DNA of 64,000 nt. It comes from Candidatus Uhrbacteria bacterium. Lineage in GTDB: Bacteria > Patescibacteriota > Patescibacteriia > UBA9934 > GWF2-40-263. Both the position numbers and the translations under genes were made by a program. The stretch lies in the NCBI GenBank assembly GCA_016219925.1, contig JACRJU010000010.1:32147-96146 (forward strand), read 5' to 3'. This document shows, in pieces, positions 1-10,564 of this stretch (position 1 is its first letter; each line of letters opens with the position of its first letter). The notes under the pieces are model-generated. The model ran no database searches. It was given only the letters and a program-made list of their open reading frames with translations, and was not told the origin of the DNA.

Positions 1-1
1 C

Positions 2-367
2 TACTTCCTCTCCATCTGGCTCTTCGCTTTCCTCGAATTTACCGATTACTATCTCGACACATGGATCGTCACCAATCAACGCATCATCAACATCGAACAA
101 GAAGGGCTCTTTAATCGCATCGCTTCCGAGCTTGATTTGGCGGCTGTACAGGACACGACAGCCGAAATCCGCGGCATTCTTCAGACGATGCTCACCTATG
201 GACAGGTGTACGTGCAAACGGCTGGTGAAAAAGGACGTTTTCATTTTAAAAATATTGATAACCCCGAACAAGTCAAAGAGACGATTGCGCATCTTGTCGA
301 AGAGGACAAACAGCGCATCGCGAGCGGCGGGATCGTTCCGGGACGGGTTAAATCGATTCTCAAATAA
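2..367 (+). CDS. C-terminal part of a membrane protein with a bacterial PH (bPH_2, YdbS/YdbT-like) domain; the 5' end lies outside the window
   Basis: The frame is open from the window edge to TAA at 365-367. The translation (WIVTNQRIINIEQEGLFNRIASELDLAAVQDTTAEIRGILQTMLTYGQVYVQTAGEKGRFHFKNIDNPEQV) matches the YdbT-type PH-domain pattern from memory. Confidence 0.45.
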   Translation, partial: YFLSIWLFAFLEFTDYYLDTWIVTNQRIINIEQEGLFNRIASELDLAAVQDTTAEIRGILQTMLTYGQVYVQTAGEKGRFHFKNIDNPEQVKETIAHLVEEDKQRIASGGIVPGRVKSILK

Positions 368-433
368 CTCCCAAGACCTCTGTCTACAGCCTTCGACAGG
401 CTCAGGCAATAATGAAAAATTCTGCGAAGGCCG

Positions 434-1531
434 CTAGCTTGATTTCTCCCAACGATATACCCCCCAAGCCCAGTCGGCTAGACGCTTGGCATCATCAAAC
501 GATTCCACGCGTGATCGGGCCCCGAACAAAACGATGAGCAATTCCCGCTCGTCGTTTTTGTCTGGCTTGATAGACTCCACCACGTTCCAGCCGGACTCAT
601 CGAGATACCCGGTCTTCCCGCCCGTCACCCACACATCATCATAACGCGGCTTCCAGAGCATCCAGTTTGTGTTGATCATCTTCTTGGAAACGCCGGTGTT
701 CGCAACACGAATGAGACGCGTGGCTGTCGTGGTGACTTGTTGAATAGAGTTGCGCGAAAAAGCATCGGCGGCCAAGCGCGCAAACTCCAAAGGGGTTGAA
801 ACGTTCCCGAGTTCAATACCGGTTGGATCAACAAAATGGGTCTGTGAAAGATTGAGTGCTTGCGCGCGTGCGTTCATCACCGACACAAAATCTTTACGGT
901 TCATGCCCGTTGTGCGCGAAAGCGCATTGGCCGCATTGTTGGCAGAAGCGACCAGCGCGGCATACAACAAATCGTTCACCGTAAACTGATCGCCATTATT
1001 CACGTACAATTTGGCTCCTCCCACATCATCATTGTTTCTCACGTCCGCCATCTGATCGAGACGAATGCCTTGATCCATCACAATCGAAGCGGTGATAAGC
1101 TTCGTCATCGAAGCAATCGGCCACACTAGTCTTTCGCGCTTCACGGTCAGCACCGTACCTGTCGCTCGATCAATAACCGCATAAGCTTGCGACCCGATGA
1201 TTGATTCAACCTCGCGCGAGTTGATACGCCGAGGGATCGCGGTGCCGGGGACAGGTCCAAAAGAACGCAGGGGAGGATATTCTTTCCATCCGTACTGGGC
1301 CGCCCAGTCTTGCAAATCAAGAAGTACCCCCGCGCCCGATCCGGAAATCGCCCGTAGCGTCACGGGATCAAAAACTGTTTGTAAATCCGCGCGGGAATGA
1401 TAAATCGCAAGCAACGCATCCGTCTGCGCGCTCGCCCTCCATGGAACCAACAAAAGACACAACATCACAAAAACTCCCTTCGTCCACCAAAGGGAGTCTT
1501 TTTTTTCAGTTCCATTTCTTTTTAAGATCAA
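434..1531 (-). CDS. Serine-type D-Ala-D-Ala carboxypeptidase (peptidase S11, PBP5-like)
   Basis: 365-aa ORF with an N-terminal signal or anchor. It carries the SxxK (SMTKLITA), SxN (SANN) and KTG (GGKTGY) motifs. Confidence 0.8.
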   Translation of the reverse strand: MILKRNGTEKKDSLWWTKGVFVMLCLLLVPWRASAQTDALLAIYHSRADLQTVFDPVTLRAISGSGAGVLLDLQDWAAQYGWKEYPPLRSFGPVPGTAIPRRINSREVESIIGSQAYAVIDRATGTVLTVKRERLVWPIASMTKLITASIVMDQGIRLDQMADVRNNDDVGGAKLYVNNGDQFTVNDLLYAALVASANNAANALSRTTGMNRKDFVSVMNARAQALNLSQTHFVDPTGIELGNVSTPLEFARLAADAFSRNSIQQVTTTATRLIRVANTGVSKKMINTNWMLWKPRYDDVWVTGGKTGYLDESGWNVVESIKPDKNDERELLIVLFGARSRVESFDDAKRLADWAWGVYRWEKSS

Positions 1532-3377
1532 TGCCTTGATAGAAATATTTTAAAATATCTTGCCACTTCTGCCCGCCCTCGTCAGCCATGCAAAGCGCTT
1601 CGCTCGCGCTCATCCCAACACCATGACCCCAAAGCGTGCGCCCTTTGCGAGCATCGCACGGAGCCGGAACAGACTTCAGCCACGCAACCGATCCACCCCA
1701 CACTTCGCTCCAGTCGCGCGTGCGACCATCCGAGCGTGAAAAATAGGGGGTCAATGCGGTTCGATTATCATAGGTGACGACAACTCCGCGTGTTTGCGTG
1801 GCGGCCCGACCAATAGACGGGTTGCGAATCTCATAGCCGTATCCTTTATACACTTGATCATCGGCTGTCGAATTCATGTGAAAAAATTCACTCGCATGCT
1901 TGGTCGCGCGTTCGTAGTGATAAAGGGCGTATGTGCGCGCAACGGTAATCAGAGCCTTCTTAAATTCCGGATGAGAAATCTCCGAAGTCTCGCCAAGCCC
2001 CGCAAGATACGACTCCGTAGGCAGTTCATTGATGATCCAGGTTCGGTCTTTCGTATTGTTGTAGCGGAGCTCAAGTGTGCCACGGAACTGATTATCCGCG
2101 TATGCGGCATTGCGCGTCTTTCGGCGATCAAAATTTTGAATGATACAGACACCACCCGGATTATTTGGGACAAACCGTAAAAACTGATACGTCTGCTCGA
2201 TCCCTTTGCCCCGATTGAAATAGTACCGCTGATTTTTATAAAACGCGCGCACCATATCACTTGAAGTGAGCTCACCCAACAACCCGCCGGCGCCATCAAT
2301 CAATTTCCAATCCCCATCACAACCGATCTCCACTTGCCAATCCGTTTCATCATCAACGATTAAAACCCCGATACGCATGACCGGCTCATCAATGAGCGTG
2401 CCGGCCTCGATCTGTCCTTCTTCTAAAGTCAACGGACTCTCCAGAGCCTCCTGCGCGCCCGTGGTCACTTCAACCGGAATATCAATTTCAAAATCCGGAA
2501 CGACAGATCCATTCACCGCAAGACGATATGTCACCACATGCTTGCCTTTGGTCGGCGGCGCGGTAAAGCTAAAATCAATTAAATCAAGCGCGCCAGGTTT
2601 GACCTCTCCCGCATCGCTCATAGCCACCTGCGTTGCACTAACCCAAGAGGAATGGTAGGTATTCACCGCGGCGGCCGCAACGTCGTTGGGGCGAATCTCG
2701 CGCGTCTTCCATATGACCGTTCCAGTATTTTTTACCCCGACCCGATAGCGCACCTCTTCTCCTGCTTCGGCGGTGACTTCTTTGGCTGATCGCAACAACA
2801 AAGTCGCGGACAAACCCGCACTGGTTACCGGAGAAGGCGTTCCATCCGTTGTTGTCGGCTTTTGAACAACCGGTGCTGATACTCCTTTTACTTTGATGCT
2901 CAACGTAAACTTCCCTCCGGGAATCCACACGGTATTTTCCGCGGCCAACTGAAACGTCTCTTTATAATCGCCGACACTTTGAGGAGCTTTGAGAGTGAGA
3001 TCAACGTGTCCGACTTTTCCCGGAGCCACGGACGCTTCTTTCAAAACGGCCGCTTGAGTAAAGTCTTTCCAGTTGTCCGCATGAAAATCGCTCACGCGAT
3101 ACTTGGGATCGTAGGTATAGATGGAGACGTAGGCTGAACCCGTGTTCACCCATGTCTTTGTACCCATGTTTTGAACAGTGATTGAAACGGTTTGTGTGGC
3201 ACCGGGAGCCATCTCAAACCCTTGCTTAGGAGCCGACACTTGCAAAGCTTCAAATCCTTTCTTCGAAGCCGCGTGCGCAACAAGCGATCCTGAAAAAAAA
3301 ACAAAAAAAGCCGTTACGACCATCAAAACGGCTCGCGTGAAAACCGTGGAAGTATTCTTCGCGAGATGTGCCCTCAT
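1506..3377 (-). CDS. SpoIID/LytB-domain cell-wall protein with N-terminal Ig-like repeats
   Basis: The C-terminal block (ALITVARTYALYHY...DDQVYKGYGYE...VVVTYDNRTALTPYFSRSDGRTRDWSEVWG) is typical of SpoIID. Start set at ATG 3377 (MRAHLAK plus signal anchor); in-frame starts exist up to 3437. Confidence 0.7.
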   Translation of the reverse strand: MRAHLAKNTSTVFTRAVLMVVTAFFVFFSGSLVAHAASKKGFEALQVSAPKQGFEMAPGATQTVSITVQNMGTKTWVNTGSAYVSIYTYDPKYRVSDFHADNWKDFTQAAVLKEASVAPGKVGHVDLTLKAPQSVGDYKETFQLAAENTVWIPGGKFTLSIKVKGVSAPVVQKPTTTDGTPSPVTSAGLSATLLLRSAKEVTAEAGEEVRYRVGVKNTGTVIWKTREIRPNDVAAAAVNTYHSSWVSATQVAMSDAGEVKPGALDLIDFSFTAPPTKGKHVVTYRLAVNGSVVPDFEIDIPVEVTTGAQEALESPLTLEEGQIEAGTLIDEPVMRIGVLIVDDETDWQVEIGCDGDWKLIDGAGGLLGELTSSDMVRAFYKNQRYYFNRGKGIEQTYQFLRFVPNNPGGVCIIQNFDRRKTRNAAYADNQFRGTLELRYNNTKDRTWIINELPTESYLAGLGETSEISHPEFKKALITVARTYALYHYERATKHASEFFHMNSTADDQVYKGYGYEIRNPSIGRAATQTRGVVVTYDNRTALTPYFSRSDGRTRDWSEVWGGSVAWLKSVPAPCDARKGRTLWGHGVGMSASEALCMADEGGQKWQDILKYFYQGIDLKKKWN

Positions 3378-3415
3378 ATCCATTTCTATCATAACAAAAA
3401 AAGAGGCCTCCGTCA

Positions 3416-4876
3416 ATGCAGGATTTTCGTGATACACTGCCGTTATCTATGCAAAAAGGCATTGTGGCGAGAAATTTCGCCGTGCAAGTATCTGGAAAAC
3501 TTCTCGCTGTTTTGGTTGGACTCATTTCAGTTGGTGTCCTGACACGCCACCTTGGAACAAATGGGTTTGGAGAATACACCACAGCGATCACGTTCCTTCA
3601 ATTGTTCGGGGTCGTGGTTGATTTTGGTCTGACCCTCACCATGGTCGTCATGATTTCAGAAGAGGGAGCGGATAATGAACGGATCATTGGAAACATTTTT
3701 GGTCTGCGCCTCTTGAGCGGGGCGCTGATTTTCAGTTTCGCTCCGCTTGCGGTGCTTTTGCTCCCGTGGTCCGCGCAGGTAAAGGACGCCGTACTGATCG
3801 GAAGCGTCGCGTATGTGCTTATGGGAGGAGCGACTCTGCTCGTCGGAGTCTTCCAGCGCTTTCAAGCGATGTGGCGGTCTGCACTGGCAGAAATGGTTAA
3901 CCGCATCGTACTGGTGATTGCCATCGTGATATTCGCGCAACTCAACTTAGGAGTGGTCTGGATGGTCGGAGCTTCGATGATTGCCAATGCGGTTTGGCTT
4001 TATGCCATGGTTCGACTGGCTCGCCCTTTCGTACGCATCCGTTTTTTGATGGATAGACATCTTTGGCAACAGGTGTGGTCTCGTTCTTGGCCGATTGCGG
4101 TCTCCATTTTTTTTAACCTGCTCTATCTCAAAGGGGACGTCCTCTTCCTTTCTTTGTATCGAAGCCAGACAGAAGTCGGTCTTTACGGAGTCACCTATCG
4201 CATCATCGACATGCTCACCGCCTTGCCGGTGATGTTCATGGGCATCCTTTTGCCTTTGGTTGTGAACACGTGGTCGGCTGGAAATCACGAAGAATTTCGC
4301 ACTCATGTGCGCCGTACATTTGATTTATTTATGATCGCCGCTATTCCGATTGTGATTGGAACACAGGTCGTGGCTGGACGGCTTATGCGACTGATCGCCG
4401 GGCCTGGATATGAAGCTTCTGGTGATATTTTGCGCTTGCTCATCTTCGCGGTCCTGGGTGTTTTTCTCGGCGCGCTATTCGGACATCTTGTGGTCGCCAT
4501 CAACAAACAAAAACCCATGGTGTGGGGATATGTGAGCGTCGCGGTGCTCACCGTAGCCGGCTACTTCCTTTTTATTCCCCCTTATGGCATGTGGGGTGCC
4601 GCTTGGATGACGCTTTTCTCTGAAGGTTTGATCGCAATCATCACGTTTGCGGTGGTCTATCACACGACCTCCGCCGTCCCACACTTGGGCGTGACACTCA
4701 AAGCCATTTTCGCTTCAGCCATCATGTATATCTTCCTGCAATTTCTCCCTACCCCATTTGTGCTTCTTGATCTTGCAGTGGCCGCCGCTCTTTACTTAAT
4801 CGTTATGCTTGTTATCAAAGGAATCAAGCTTGAAGAACTCCTCGCGCTAAGAGAAGCGCGCAATGCGATTGAATGA
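3416..4876 (+). CDS. Polysaccharide/oligosaccharide flippase (MOP/Wzx family)
   Basis: 486-aa polytopic membrane ORF with about 12-14 hydrophobic segments. The N-terminal [17 protein letters not shown] pattern matches this family. Confidence 0.6.
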   Translation: MQDFRDTLPLSMQKGIVARNFAVQVSGKLLAVLVGLISVGVLTRHLGTNGFGEYTTAITFLQLFGVVVDFGLTLTMVVMISEEGADNERIIGNIFGLRLLSGALIFSFAPLAVLLLPWSAQVKDAVLIGSVAYVLMGGATLLVGVFQRFQAMWRSALAEMVNRIVLVIAIVIFAQLNLGVVWMVGASMIANAVWLYAMVRLARPFVRIRFLMDRHLWQQVWSRSWPIAVSIFFNLLYLKGDVLFLSLYRSQTEVGLYGVTYRIIDMLTALPVMFMGILLPLVVNTWSAGNHEEFRTHVRRTFDLFMIAAIPIVIGTQVVAGRLMRLIAGPGYEASGDILRLLIFAVLGVFLGALFGHLVVAINKQKPMVWGYVSVAVLTVAGYFLFIPPYGMWGAAWMTLFSEGLIAIITFAVVYHTTSAVPHLGVTLKAIFASAIMYIFLQFLPTPFVLLDLAVAAALYLIVMLVIKGIKLEELLALREARNAIE

Positions 4877-6062
4877 TATGACCGCGATACTCCTTTTGAT
4901 CACCCTCGTCTTTGTCGTTCTGGCTTACAAACGGCTTCCCCTCGCCGTCCTTTTGGTGATAGCCCTTCTGCCGAGCTATCTGCTTCGTCTCACCCTTTTT
5001 GGGATCCCAACAACTTTGCTTGAACTCATGCTCGGCGTTGTTGTTGTGGTTTGGCTCGGACAAAATCGTCATCGGCTGAAAACGATCCTCGCACTTGAAA
5101 GACGTTGGGCGATTGCGATTGCTTTGGTGATTCTAGCGGCGACGGTTGGAGCCGTCGTTGCTCCGGATACCATCGGCGCTCTTGGCGTTTGGAAAGCGTA
5201 CTTCATCGAACCCGTCGCATTGTTTTATGTTCTTGTTGATTTGTGCCGAAAAAAAGAATTAGACAGCAGCCGCATCATCAACGCGCTTTTGCTTGGTGGC
5301 GCGATCATCGCCGCGCTGACCCTCGTGCAGTGGGTGACGAATCTCGGCATTCCGATCCCATGGGATTTCGAACGCCGCGCGACCAGCCTCTTTGATTATC
5401 CCAATGCTGTTGGTTTGTTTTTAGGTCCGATCGCGATCATCACTTTGTACAAAAAATCCACGCGCGCGCTTTTCCTGCTCTTTCTGATTGCCATTGGGCT
5501 TGCACAGTCCGAAGCGGCTCTTGGAGCGATGGCAATCACGCTTGTCGTGATGGGACTTGCCTCTGCCCATATTCGAAAAACAACGCTCGTATTATGTCTC
5601 GTGGTCGCAACTCTCCTTTTGGTTATACCCACCACCCGCACCTATCTGATCACCAAGGTTACTTTGCAAGACCCTTCAGAACAGGTACGCGTCAGTCAAT
5701 GGCAAGAAACAATCGCCTTTCTCAAAGATCACCCGTTTTTTGGAGCAGGCCTCTCGGGATATCCTAAAGCCCTCGTCCCCTATCATACCCACCTTCAGTA
5801 CGAAATTTTTCAGTATCCGCACAATATCTTTTTGAACATCTGGGTAGAACTCGGTCTTTTGGGACTCATCGCTTTTGTTTTTTTAACGGCAACGCTTCTG
5901 CGTTCTCTTCTTTCTTCTTTCTTCTTCCTTCTTCCTTTGCTCGAAATCCTCCTCCATGGCCTCGTTGACGTTCCGTATTTCAAAAATGATTTAGCCGTGC
6001 TCGTGTGGATTCTGATCGCTCTTGTGTATGTCGAATACACCAACGCAAAACACGCCTCATAA
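4863..6062 (+). CDS. O-antigen ligase/polymerase-like (Wzy_C family) membrane protein
   Basis: 399-aa polytopic ORF overlapping the flippase stop. It has a Wzy_C-like loop region ([23 protein letters not shown]). Confidence 0.55.
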   Translation: MRLNDMTAILLLITLVFVVLAYKRLPLAVLLVIALLPSYLLRLTLFGIPTTLLELMLGVVVVVWLGQNRHRLKTILALERRWAIAIALVILAATVGAVVAPDTIGALGVWKAYFIEPVALFYVLVDLCRKKELDSSRIINALLLGGAIIAALTLVQWVTNLGIPIPWDFERRATSLFDYPNAVGLFLGPIAIITLYKKSTRALFLLFLIAIGLAQSEAALGAMAITLVVMGLASAHIRKTTLVLCLVVATLLLVIPTTRTYLITKVTLQDPSEQVRVSQWQETIAFLKDHPFFGAGLSGYPKALVPYHTHLQYEIFQYPHNIFLNIWVELGLLGLIAFVFLTATLLRSLLSSFFFLLPLLEILLHGLVDVPYFKNDLAVLVWILIALVYVEYTNAKHAS

Positions 6063-6657
6063 AAAAACCCTCTCAATCGGCGTCGCCGTCGCCATTGTGG
6101 TTTTGGTATCAGCGGCACTCTTGCGATTGGTTCATATCGTGAAACCGCAAGCGCCTTTGCCCCTGCTCGCAAGCGCTCCGGGACTCATTGAGCTCCATAC
6201 GATTGAGGAGATCACGGCACAGAGCACGACCTCTGTCATTCCGCCAAAACGGACATTTGATGCCGAGCTCGCGACGATCGGCATTTATCCAGATGCCACA
6301 AAAACCATTCCTGCCGGAATGGTCACTCTTGTGTACACGCGAGAGCACAATCGATTTGTTGAAATCGATTACCGCCCTGGGACGAACGCCGAAAAAGAAC
6401 TGACGGCTATTGGAGCACAGCAGAGCGAACAGATTATTCTGATGCCACAAGTGAAAGCGACATTTGTCAGAATGCGAAAATTCGTTGCGTGCAAATCGCC
6501 TGTCGCTGAACAACCCGGGGTCTGTCAATTCACTCGCGCGATCGTTTTTGATCTCCTTACGGAGACGGTCGTTTTATTCGCCGACGGGGAGCACGCAACC
6601 GATGGAGAACTGATCGAAATGGCTCGTTCAATCGTTGACGCAGGGTCTTTTGAGTGA
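6022..6657 (+). CDS. Hypothetical membrane-anchored protein
   Basis: 211-aa ORF with a single N-terminal hydrophobic helix ([18 protein letters not shown]). I recognised no motif. Confidence 0.4.
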   Translation: MCMSNTPTQNTPHKKTLSIGVAVAIVVLVSAALLRLVHIVKPQAPLPLLASAPGLIELHTIEEITAQSTTSVIPPKRTFDAELATIGIYPDATKTIPAGMVTLVYTREHNRFVEIDYRPGTNAEKELTAIGAQQSEQIILMPQVKATFVRMRKFVACKSPVAEQPGVCQFTRAIVFDLLTETVVLFADGEHATDGELIEMARSIVDAGSFE

Positions 6658-6674
6658 TACGCTCGTGCCCGCAT

Positions 6675-6763
6675 GGAGAGGTCGCATAGTTGGTCTAGTG
6701 CGCGCGACTCGAAATCGCGTATGCCGCAAGGCATCGAGGGTTCGAATCCCTCCCTCTCCGCCA
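6675..6763 (+). tRNA. tRNA-Ser (anticodon CGA), CCA encoded
   Basis: Hand fold: acceptor GGAGAGG/CCTCTCC, anticodon stem CGCGA/TCGCG with loop CTCGAAA. Long variable arm ATGCC-gcaa-GGCAT, T arm GAGGG-TTCGAAT-CCCTC, discriminator G. Confidence 0.9.
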
Positions 6764-6766
6764 GTT

Positions 6767-7114
6767 ATGAACAAAACACACACTTTGGAACTTTTGCAAA
6801 AAACGTTTTGCCGACTTCAACCATCCTCCATTGAAGGGGTTGGGGTGTTTGCGGTCAAAGAAATCCCCGAAGGGGTCAACCCATTTGAAGGCATGCGTGA
6901 TGATTTTTTCGTCATTGAAAAAAACGGAACGGTTCGCATTCCGCAAAGCGCCCTCAACGGCATGGATATGTCCTTTTATGTTAACAACTCCGACCATCCC
7001 AACCTCACCACAACCGACGGCTTCCTGTTTATCACGAGTCGTCTCATCAAACCTGGAGAGGAATTGACTGTCGCTTACGCAATCTACGACGAAAAGTACG
7101 CCACATCCCTATGA
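6767..7114 (+). CDS. SET-domain protein (putative lysine methyltransferase)
   Basis: ATG 6767 lies 4 nt after the tRNA. Motifs are GVGVFA, NNSDHPN (NHSxxPN-like) and EELTVAY. The listed ORF start 6635 runs through the tRNA and is rejected. Confidence 0.65.
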   Translation: MNKTHTLELLQKTFCRLQPSSIEGVGVFAVKEIPEGVNPFEGMRDDFFVIEKNGTVRIPQSALNGMDMSFYVNNSDHPNLTTTDGFLFITSRLIKPGEELTVAYAIYDEKYATSL

Positions 7115-7188
7115 TCCGATTCTGGATCATCGCCATCATTTTTTGTCTGCTGCTTCTCGTTGTTTTGTACTACGCCTCGAAAGAATAG
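7111..7188 (+). CDS. Possible 25-aa hydrophobic micro-protein coupled to the SET gene
   Basis: ATGA overlap with the SET stop (ATG 7111-7113, TGA 7112-7114). It encodes MIRFWIIAIIFCLLLLVVLYYASKE, a single TM helix. Too short to be in the ORF track. Confidence 0.25.
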   Translation: MIRFWIIAIIFCLLLLVVLYYASKE

Positions 7189-7216
7189 GCGGCTTGTTTT
7201 ATAATAGGAACATCCT

Positions 7217-8089
7217 ATGACGATTCGAAAAGCCATCATCCCTGTTGCTGGCATGGGCACGCGTTTTTTGCCTGCTGCCAAAGCCCAGCCAAAAGAAATG
7301 CTCCCCGTGGTCGATAAACCGATCATCCAGTATATCGTTGAAGAAGCGGTGCAAAGCGGCATCGAAGAAATCATCTTCGTCACCGCCATCGGTAAACATG
7401 CTATTGAAAACCATTTTGATCGAAACTTCGAATTGGAATACCGCCTTGAACAAAAAGGGAAACTCAAGGAACTTAAAGCCATATCGGAGATCGGCAGACT
7501 CGCCAAATTCGCCTTCGTGCGCCAATCCAAACCCCTTGGTGACGGCCATGCCGTATTAAGCGCCCTCCCCTTTCTCGATTTGCACGAACCGGTCGCGGTC
7601 CTTTTTGGCGATGACATTATCGAAGGCAAAACTCCGGCGCTCAAACAATTGATTGATGTCTATAATAAGTACGGAGATTCAGTCCTCGCGTTACAAAAAG
7701 TGCCAAAAAACATGGTGAACCAATTCGGGGTGGTGGATGGGAAAAAATTATCCAAAACAACGTGGGAGATCAGGGGCTTCGTAGAAAAACCCGACATCAA
7801 GGAAGCTCCAAGCGATTTAATCGCAATCGGACGCTATATCCTGACTCCAAACATTTACACGCTTCTGGAAAAACAAAAACCCGGCAAGGATGGTGAAATC
7901 CGTCTGGCTAACGCGTTTGAGACGCTCCTCAAAAATAACGGAGTCTTGTATGGATGCCACTTTGAAGGAACCTGGCATAACTGCGGCGATAAATTCGGAT
8001 TCGTCAAAGCGCAAATTGAACTGGGCCTTAAACATCCCGATGTTGGTCCGGCTCTCAAAAAATATTTCAAAACCATGAAACCCCTATGA
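7217..8089 (+). CDS. galU: UTP--glucose-1-phosphate uridylyltransferase
   Basis: N-terminal signature KAIIPVAGMGTRFLPAAKAQPKEMLPVVDKPIIQY, a VEKP motif, 290 aa. Confidence 0.9.
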   Translation: MTIRKAIIPVAGMGTRFLPAAKAQPKEMLPVVDKPIIQYIVEEAVQSGIEEIIFVTAIGKHAIENHFDRNFELEYRLEQKGKLKELKAISEIGRLAKFAFVRQSKPLGDGHAVLSALPFLDLHEPVAVLFGDDIIEGKTPALKQLIDVYNKYGDSVLALQKVPKNMVNQFGVVDGKKLSKTTWEIRGFVEKPDIKEAPSDLIAIGRYILTPNIYTLLEKQKPGKDGEIRLANAFETLLKNNGVLYGCHFEGTWHNCGDKFGFVKAQIELGLKHPDVGPALKKYFKTMKPL

Positions 8090-9462
8090 GGAGGACCTCT
8101 TTCAAAAAACTTTCCCTGCTGTTCGCTCTCATCCTGCTTGTCGGTGCAGGATGCACAGGCCCATCGGCCGCGGAAATTTCAGCTACCAAACCCGCCACCA
8201 TTTCCATTTGGCAGGTGTTTGACTCGGAAGAATCGCTCTTGCCAATCATGAACGCTTATCGCGCCATCCATCCCAATATTTCCTTTGAATATCGCCAGCT
8301 TCGTTCAGACGAATACAAAAATGAACTCCTGCGCGCATTTGCGGAAGGAAAAGGCCCAGATGTTTTTGCTATTCATAACACCTGGGTGGGCGAATATGAA
8401 AGTTTGATCGCTCCGTTGCCCGCGTCGCTCCAAATCGGCTATTCCGAAACGCGCGGCACCATCAAAAAAGAAACCATCTACACCTTAAAAGAAGAGCCGA
8501 CGATTTCCCTGCGAGCGCTCAAAAATGATTTCGTGGATGTGGTGTCCAAAGATGTGGTGCGTGCCTACCGCGTCAACCAGAATACCGAACCTCAAGATCG
8601 GATCTTCGGCCTTCCCCTTTCCGTTGACACAATGGCTCTTTACTACAATAAGGATCTGCTCAACGCCGCCAATATCCCTGAACCGCCAACCACATGGACG
8701 CAGTTTCAAGAACAGGTTGGCAAACTCACCAAAATTGGCCAAAACGATACGATCTTACAATCCGGCGCGGCCGTGGGCACGGGAAAAAACATCGAGCGCG
8801 CAATAGATATCTTAAATCTTCTCATGCTCCAAAATGGCGTCGAGATGGTTAGCGACCGTGGATCTGCTATCTTTGCCACAGGATCAGACAAAGAAAATCT
8901 AGCTGCAGATGCTGTGCGCTTCTATACTGATTTCGCCAACCCTCTTAAACAGGTGTACACCTGGAACGACTCTCAACCCAATTCATTTGACGCCTTCGTC
9001 AACGGCAAGGCCGCATTCTTTCTTGGCTATGCTTACCACGCGCCTCTGATTGCCGCACGGTCGCCAAAACTCAACTTCGCCATCGCTCCTGTTCCCCAAA
9101 TCGAAGGAGGAAAAACCGTGAACTACGCAAATTACTGGGTGGAAACCGTTTCACGCCAAACGAAAAATCTTGATACCGCTTGGGATTTCGTTGAGTTCGC
9201 CGCCTCAAAAGATCAGGTTACAAAATATCTCGATCTTGCCAAACGGCCGCCTGCTCGGCGAGCGCTTGTGAGTAGCCAACTTGAAGATGAAACCCTCTCG
9301 ATCTTTGCCTCCCAAGTGCTCACCGCGCAAAGCTGGTATCATGGAAGAGACGCGGGGGCTATGGAACAAGCCTTCATTGACCTCATCGGAGCGACCCTTT
9401 CAGGTTCTGATACACAAGAAATTTTGACGATCACTCAAAATAAAGTGAACCAAACGCTTTAA
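8086..9462 (+). CDS. Extracellular solute-binding lipoprotein (ABC family-1 type); no cognate permease or ATPase is adjacent
   Basis: ATGA overlap with the galU stop. Lipobox LLVGAGC. Length and composition fit sugar-type solute-binding proteins. Confidence 0.6.
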   Translation: MRRTSFKKLSLLFALILLVGAGCTGPSAAEISATKPATISIWQVFDSEESLLPIMNAYRAIHPNISFEYRQLRSDEYKNELLRAFAEGKGPDVFAIHNTWVGEYESLIAPLPASLQIGYSETRGTIKKETIYTLKEEPTISLRALKNDFVDVVSKDVVRAYRVNQNTEPQDRIFGLPLSVDTMALYYNKDLLNAANIPEPPTTWTQFQEQVGKLTKIGQNDTILQSGAAVGTGKNIERAIDILNLLMLQNGVEMVSDRGSAIFATGSDKENLAADAVRFYTDFANPLKQVYTWNDSQPNSFDAFVNGKAAFFLGYAYHAPLIAARSPKLNFAIAPVPQIEGGKTVNYANYWVETVSRQTKNLDTAWDFVEFAASKDQVTKYLDLAKRPPARRALVSSQLEDETLSIFASQVLTAQSWYHGRDAGAMEQAFIDLIGATLSGSDTQEILTITQNKVNQTL

Positions 9463-9467
9463 GCTTT

Positions 9468-10094
9468 ATGCGACGAGCTTTTGCCTTTCTGCTCATCACC
9501 CTTTCCGTTGCGGCTTTGCCGTTTGCTGGATTGGCGTACTCGAGCAACATTTGCAAAGGCCCGACCTGTGATGTCTCCGAGGTGGGACGATTTATGGAAG
9601 GGATTACGCGCGAATGTGGAAACCTGGGCAACTGCTCGATCAATGATATTTTGATGGTGTTTGCCAATGCAGGAAACTTCGCCGTCGGCATTGTGGGAGC
9701 GCTTGTGCTTCTCATGTATGTGATCGGGGGAATGTACATGCTTTCTTCAGCAGGATCTTCGGACCGAGTCGCAAAAGGAAAAAAATATCTCACCATCTCA
9801 ACAACGGGGCTCCTCATTGTCGTCTTTGCTTATATTGGCATTAAGACGCTCGAATCGGTTTTGAGAACAGCCGGAGGCGAGGGTGACTTCGTCGAGGCTT
9901 GCACCGAGTCAACGATCGGCCAGCCTTGCGGACCGTCCAAACAATGTTTTCAAGCTGATGGTGCGTCAAGTGTTTCCTGTATCTCAAACTGTGAAGCTTT
10001 TACTCCAGGGGCGAGTTGCAAAAATGCTTCAAATCCTGCATGTATTTCAGGATTATGCCCTGGAGAAGCCGTGTGTTGTCCTCCAACGCCTTAA
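9468..10094 (+). CDS. Pilin-like two-TM protein (TrbC/VirB2 or T4SS-pilin-like) with a Cys-rich C-terminal extension; paralog 1 of 6
   Basis: Signal peptide, then a hairpin core (GIVGALVLLMYVIGGMYMLSSAGSSDRVAKGKKYLTISTTGLLIVVFAYIG). The tail carries more than 10 Cys. Confidence 0.5.
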   Translation: MRRAFAFLLITLSVAALPFAGLAYSSNICKGPTCDVSEVGRFMEGITRECGNLGNCSINDILMVFANAGNFAVGIVGALVLLMYVIGGMYMLSSAGSSDRVAKGKKYLTISTTGLLIVVFAYIGIKTLESVLRTAGGEGDFVEACTESTIGQPCGPSKQCFQADGASSVSCISNCEAFTPGASCKNASNPACISGLCPGEAVCCPPTP

Positions 10095-10104
10095 TCCCAT
10101 TGCT

Positions 10105-10470
10105 ATGAAACTTTTTTTAAAACGATTAACTCTCCTTCTGTGGATTTGGTCCATGCCCCTTATGGCATTCGCCGCCGACCCGGCAGAAAAAAAATTGTTT
10201 AATCCTCTTGGAACTACGAGCATTCAAGCGGTGATCGCCCGGCTCATCAAAGCTTTGCTTGGACTTAGCGGAAGCATCGCCCTTCTGATGTTTGTGTGGG
10301 GAGGATTCTTGTGGCTTAGCTCTCGAGGGGAAACCAAACAAATCGAAAAAGGGAAAGAAACCATCAAATGGGCCACTTTCGGGCTCGTTATTATTTTTAC
10401 TGCCTACATTTTGGTTGGAGCAATCATTGGTGCGCTGATAAAAGGAACAGCTGTAGAGGCCCCAAGCTAG
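10105..10470 (+). CDS. Pilin-like two-TM protein, paralog 2 of 6
   Basis: Start ATG 10105 (MKLFLKRL signal peptide). Core is GSIALLMFVWGGFLWLSSRGETKQIEKGKETIKWATFGLVIIFTAYIL. Confidence 0.5.
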   Translation: MKLFLKRLTLLLWIWSMPLMAFAADPAEKKLFNPLGTTSIQAVIARLIKALLGLSGSIALLMFVWGGFLWLSSRGETKQIEKGKETIKWATFGLVIIFTAYILVGAIIGALIKGTAVEAPS

Positions 10471-10564
10471 CCGTGTGGATAAGCAGAGTTCTTTCTTCCC
10501 AAAAAAACGAGTAAAATACCTATAACCTTTCAATCATTTAACTTTTAAGGAGGCAACAATTTCT

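Noticed and set aside
5881-5940. CT-rich repeats, here and at 60852-60897, as possible CRISPR or tandem-repeat arrays.
   Set aside because: There is no repeat-spacer periodicity. Both tracts lie in-frame inside long conserved-family ORFs.
6635-6766. N-terminal extension of the SET-domain ORF.
   Set aside because: The extension runs straight through the tRNA-Ser gene. ATG 6767 immediately after the tRNA gives a complete SET domain.
10474-10482. A single perfect DnaA box (TGTGGATAA) between pilin paralogs 2 and 3, as a functional site.
   Set aside because: One isolated 9-mer match is within chance expectation for 64 kb on both strands. It is mentioned only in the context of the twin boxes at 44.5 kb.
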